NCBI RefSeq assembly: GCF_050563455.1
Contig: NZ_CP191777.1
Coordinates: forward strand, 3,603,845 to 3,635,844
Length of the DNA: 32,000 nucleotides
Source of the DNA: Crocosphaera watsonii WH 8501
Lineage (GTDB): Bacteria > Cyanobacteriota > Cyanobacteriia > Cyanobacteriales > Microcystaceae
Reading direction: 5' to 3'
In this document: positions 30,126 to 32,000 of the stretch, one piece after another
Position numbering within the stretch: the first letter of the stretch is position 1
How the letters are laid out: each line of letters starts with the position of its first letter
Translations under genes and position numbers: made by a program
Notes under the pieces: model-generated
Told to the model about the DNA's origin: nothing
The model's input: only the letters and a program-made list of their open reading frames with translations
Database searches by the model: none

Positions 30126-30301
30126 TCGAATCGAAGTAATGTAATTGAGAAGCAACCCAGATGTTATATCTGGGTTAATCATGAAATAATCGAGAAAAAT
30201 TATATAATTGGTGAAAAATGTTAATTCAGTGAAATCCTTCTTTCATAACTTTAGGCAGAAAAATAACAAAAGTTGTCAATTCAGTTATAGGGAAATAAAC
30301 C

Positions 30302-31270
30302 ATGACAGAGGATTTAAAGCAACGTTTAGTCTCTTTAGCGTCTGTCTTCCTTAAACTGGGAGTAATTGGTTTTGGGGGACCGGCTGCCCATATCGCCATG
30401 ATGGAAGCAGAAATCGTTACTGATCGTCAATGGCTTGAGCGATCGCAGTTTCTGGATCTTTTGGGGGCAACAAATCTAATTCCAGGCCCCAATTCCACAG
30501 AAATGGCCATTCATGTTGGTTATATCTATGGAGGGGTTTGGGGCTTAATGGTGGCAGGAATTTGCTTTCTTTTCCCCGCCATCATTATGACTACTATTTT
30601 AGCCATCATTTACACCCAGTTTGGCAGTTTGCCCCAGATCGCCCCTCTATTATTTGGTATCAAACCAGCAGTTATTGTGGTTATTATTTCTGCCTTATAT
30701 CGGTTGGGTAAAAAAGCAATCAAGCAGCGCAAATTTTGGTTAATTTTTTTATTAGTCATCATTTTGAATTTATTGGGACTAAATGAAATTTTTTCCCTCC
30801 TTTTAGGGGGATTATTTGGTATGGTGGGGTTGATATTAATCGAAAGTAAAGCCAACACCATTCCCCTACTTGTGTTCTTCATTAGCAATAATATTGCTCA
30901 AGCAACAAACCAGAGTAAGCCTACTCCGTCTTTATGGCAGTTAGGGTTATTTTTTCTGAAAATTGGTAGTATTTTATTTGGTAGCGGTTATGTCTTAATT
31001 GCCTTTTTAGAAGGAGAATTAGTCAATCAATATGGTTGGTTAACTCAACAACAACTCTTAGATGCGATCGCTATTGGACAGTTTACCCCAGGCCCGCTTC
31101 TTTCTACTGCTACTTTTATCGGCTATGTAATTTTGGGAATGCCAGGGGCGATCGTCGCTACATTGGGCATCTGTTTGCCTTCTTTTTTCATTGTTTTAGC
31201 TGTTAATCCCATTATCCCGAAATTACGCCGTTCAAAATGGACTGCAGCCTTTCTAGATGCAGTAAATTAG
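30302..31270 (+). CDS. chrA: Chromate transporter family protein, likely C-terminally truncated
   Basis: FLKLGVIGFGGPAAHIAMMEAEIVTDRQWLERSQFLDLLGATNLIPGPNSTEMAIHVG; second repeat FLKIGSILFGSGYVLIAFLEGELVNQYGWLTQQQLLDAIAIGQFTPGPLLSTATFIGY. Confidence 0.88.
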   Translation: MTEDLKQRLVSLASVFLKLGVIGFGGPAAHIAMMEAEIVTDRQWLERSQFLDLLGATNLIPGPNSTEMAIHVGYIYGGVWGLMVAGICFLFPAIIMTTILAIIYTQFGSLPQIAPLLFGIKPAVIVVIISALYRLGKKAIKQRKFWLIFLLVIILNLLGLNEIFSLLLGGLFGMVGLILIESKANTIPLLVFFISNNIAQATNQSKPTPSLWQLGLFFLKIGSILFGSGYVLIAFLEGELVNQYGWLTQQQLLDAIAIGQFTPGPLLSTATFIGYVILGMPGAIVATLGICLPSFFIVLAVNPIIPKLRRSKWTAAFLDAVN

Positions 31271-31400
31271 GAGTTACGCATTGACAGATGGTTTACAATG
31301 TGAATAGTCCAAACAGAGAAAGCGATCGCTGTTAACAAAAAGCAAAAAACTGATAAAATAGAGAGGATTATAAGAACTGGAGGTAGATATCCGAACTATA

Positions 31401-32000
31401 ACGAAGAAATCAACGGCTAAATGTCATTTAGAACTCTATACTTACTATTTAATTGCTGAATCCAAATATTCGGGTTGTAATCGTTTATCCGAGATATTTG
31501 AGGATTTATCTCATGATAGTGTTAACCGTTTTTTATTAAGAGAAAGCTATAAACCTGTTGATTTATTCAATGAATTTAAACAGCACATTGAACTGAGTGG
31601 GGGAACCTTAAGTATTGATGATACAGTCATTGAAAAACTTTATAGTAATCCTAAATTAAGTAAATTTATTGGTTATTTCTGGTCAGGAAATAAACATAAA
31701 ACTATCAAAGGAATTAATTTAGTTACTTTATTATATACTGACCCTAATGGAATTTCAGTCCCTCTAAATTATCGACTTTATGATAAAGAAGATAATCTGT
31801 CTAAAAATGATTATTTTCGGATGATGCTATCGGAAGTTTTAGCTTGGGGACTGAGGCCAATTTATGTAACTGGTGATAGTTGGTATTCATCTAAAGAGAA
31901 CCTTAAATTTTTGAAAAAACAAGAATTAGGTTTCATGATAGGAATAGCTAAAAATCGACAAGTATCAATCGTTAAAGGACAATATCAATCCGTTGAAAGC
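31401..32000 (+). mobile_element. IS4/IS701-like transposase, runs off the right edge; start codon uncertain
   Basis: Open translation TKKSTAKCHLELYTYYLIAESKYSGCNRLSEIFEDLSHDSVNRFLLRESYKP...GGTLSIDDTVIEKLYSNPKLSKFIGYFWSGNKHKTIKGINLVTLLYTDPNGISVPLNYRLYDK.... Confidence 0.75.

Overview
This looks like a cyanobacterial chromosome segment: HIP1-like GCGATCGC sites, ndhL, trpA, a Vipp1/PspA-like gene, short-form hisG, clpC, tyrS, a pyruvate dehydrogenase E2 and a chromate transporter. It is heavily remodelled by insertion sequences. The most interesting locus is 12299-15883. It encodes a probable graspetide (omega-ester/amide RiPP) system: a precursor with a ~113-aa N-terminal region and 12 consecutive TTxAxGEE-type core repeats, matching the plesiocin-like TTxxxxEE motif. 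The precursor overlaps an ATP-grasp ligase (TAATG junction), which overlaps a third gene of unknown function. The precursor is split after its sixth core by a 1378-bp IS630-like element. Removing the element plus one TA copy restores a 265-aa ORF exactly in frame. Other systems carry lesions too: (a) an AAA ATPase plus Toprim-like partner, with an in-frame stop in one and a poly-A frameshift in the other; (b) a RloA/RloB (AbiL-like) pair with RloB broken by a 1693-bp IS and a homopolymer frameshift, the module being flanked by a ~120-bp repeat of the thioredoxin gene 3' end; (c) a HicB-like antitoxin broken by another copy of the same IS; (d) a radical-SAM maturase remnant with an internal deletion. 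All alignments and counts were done by eye. Family names come from recognised motifs, not searches.
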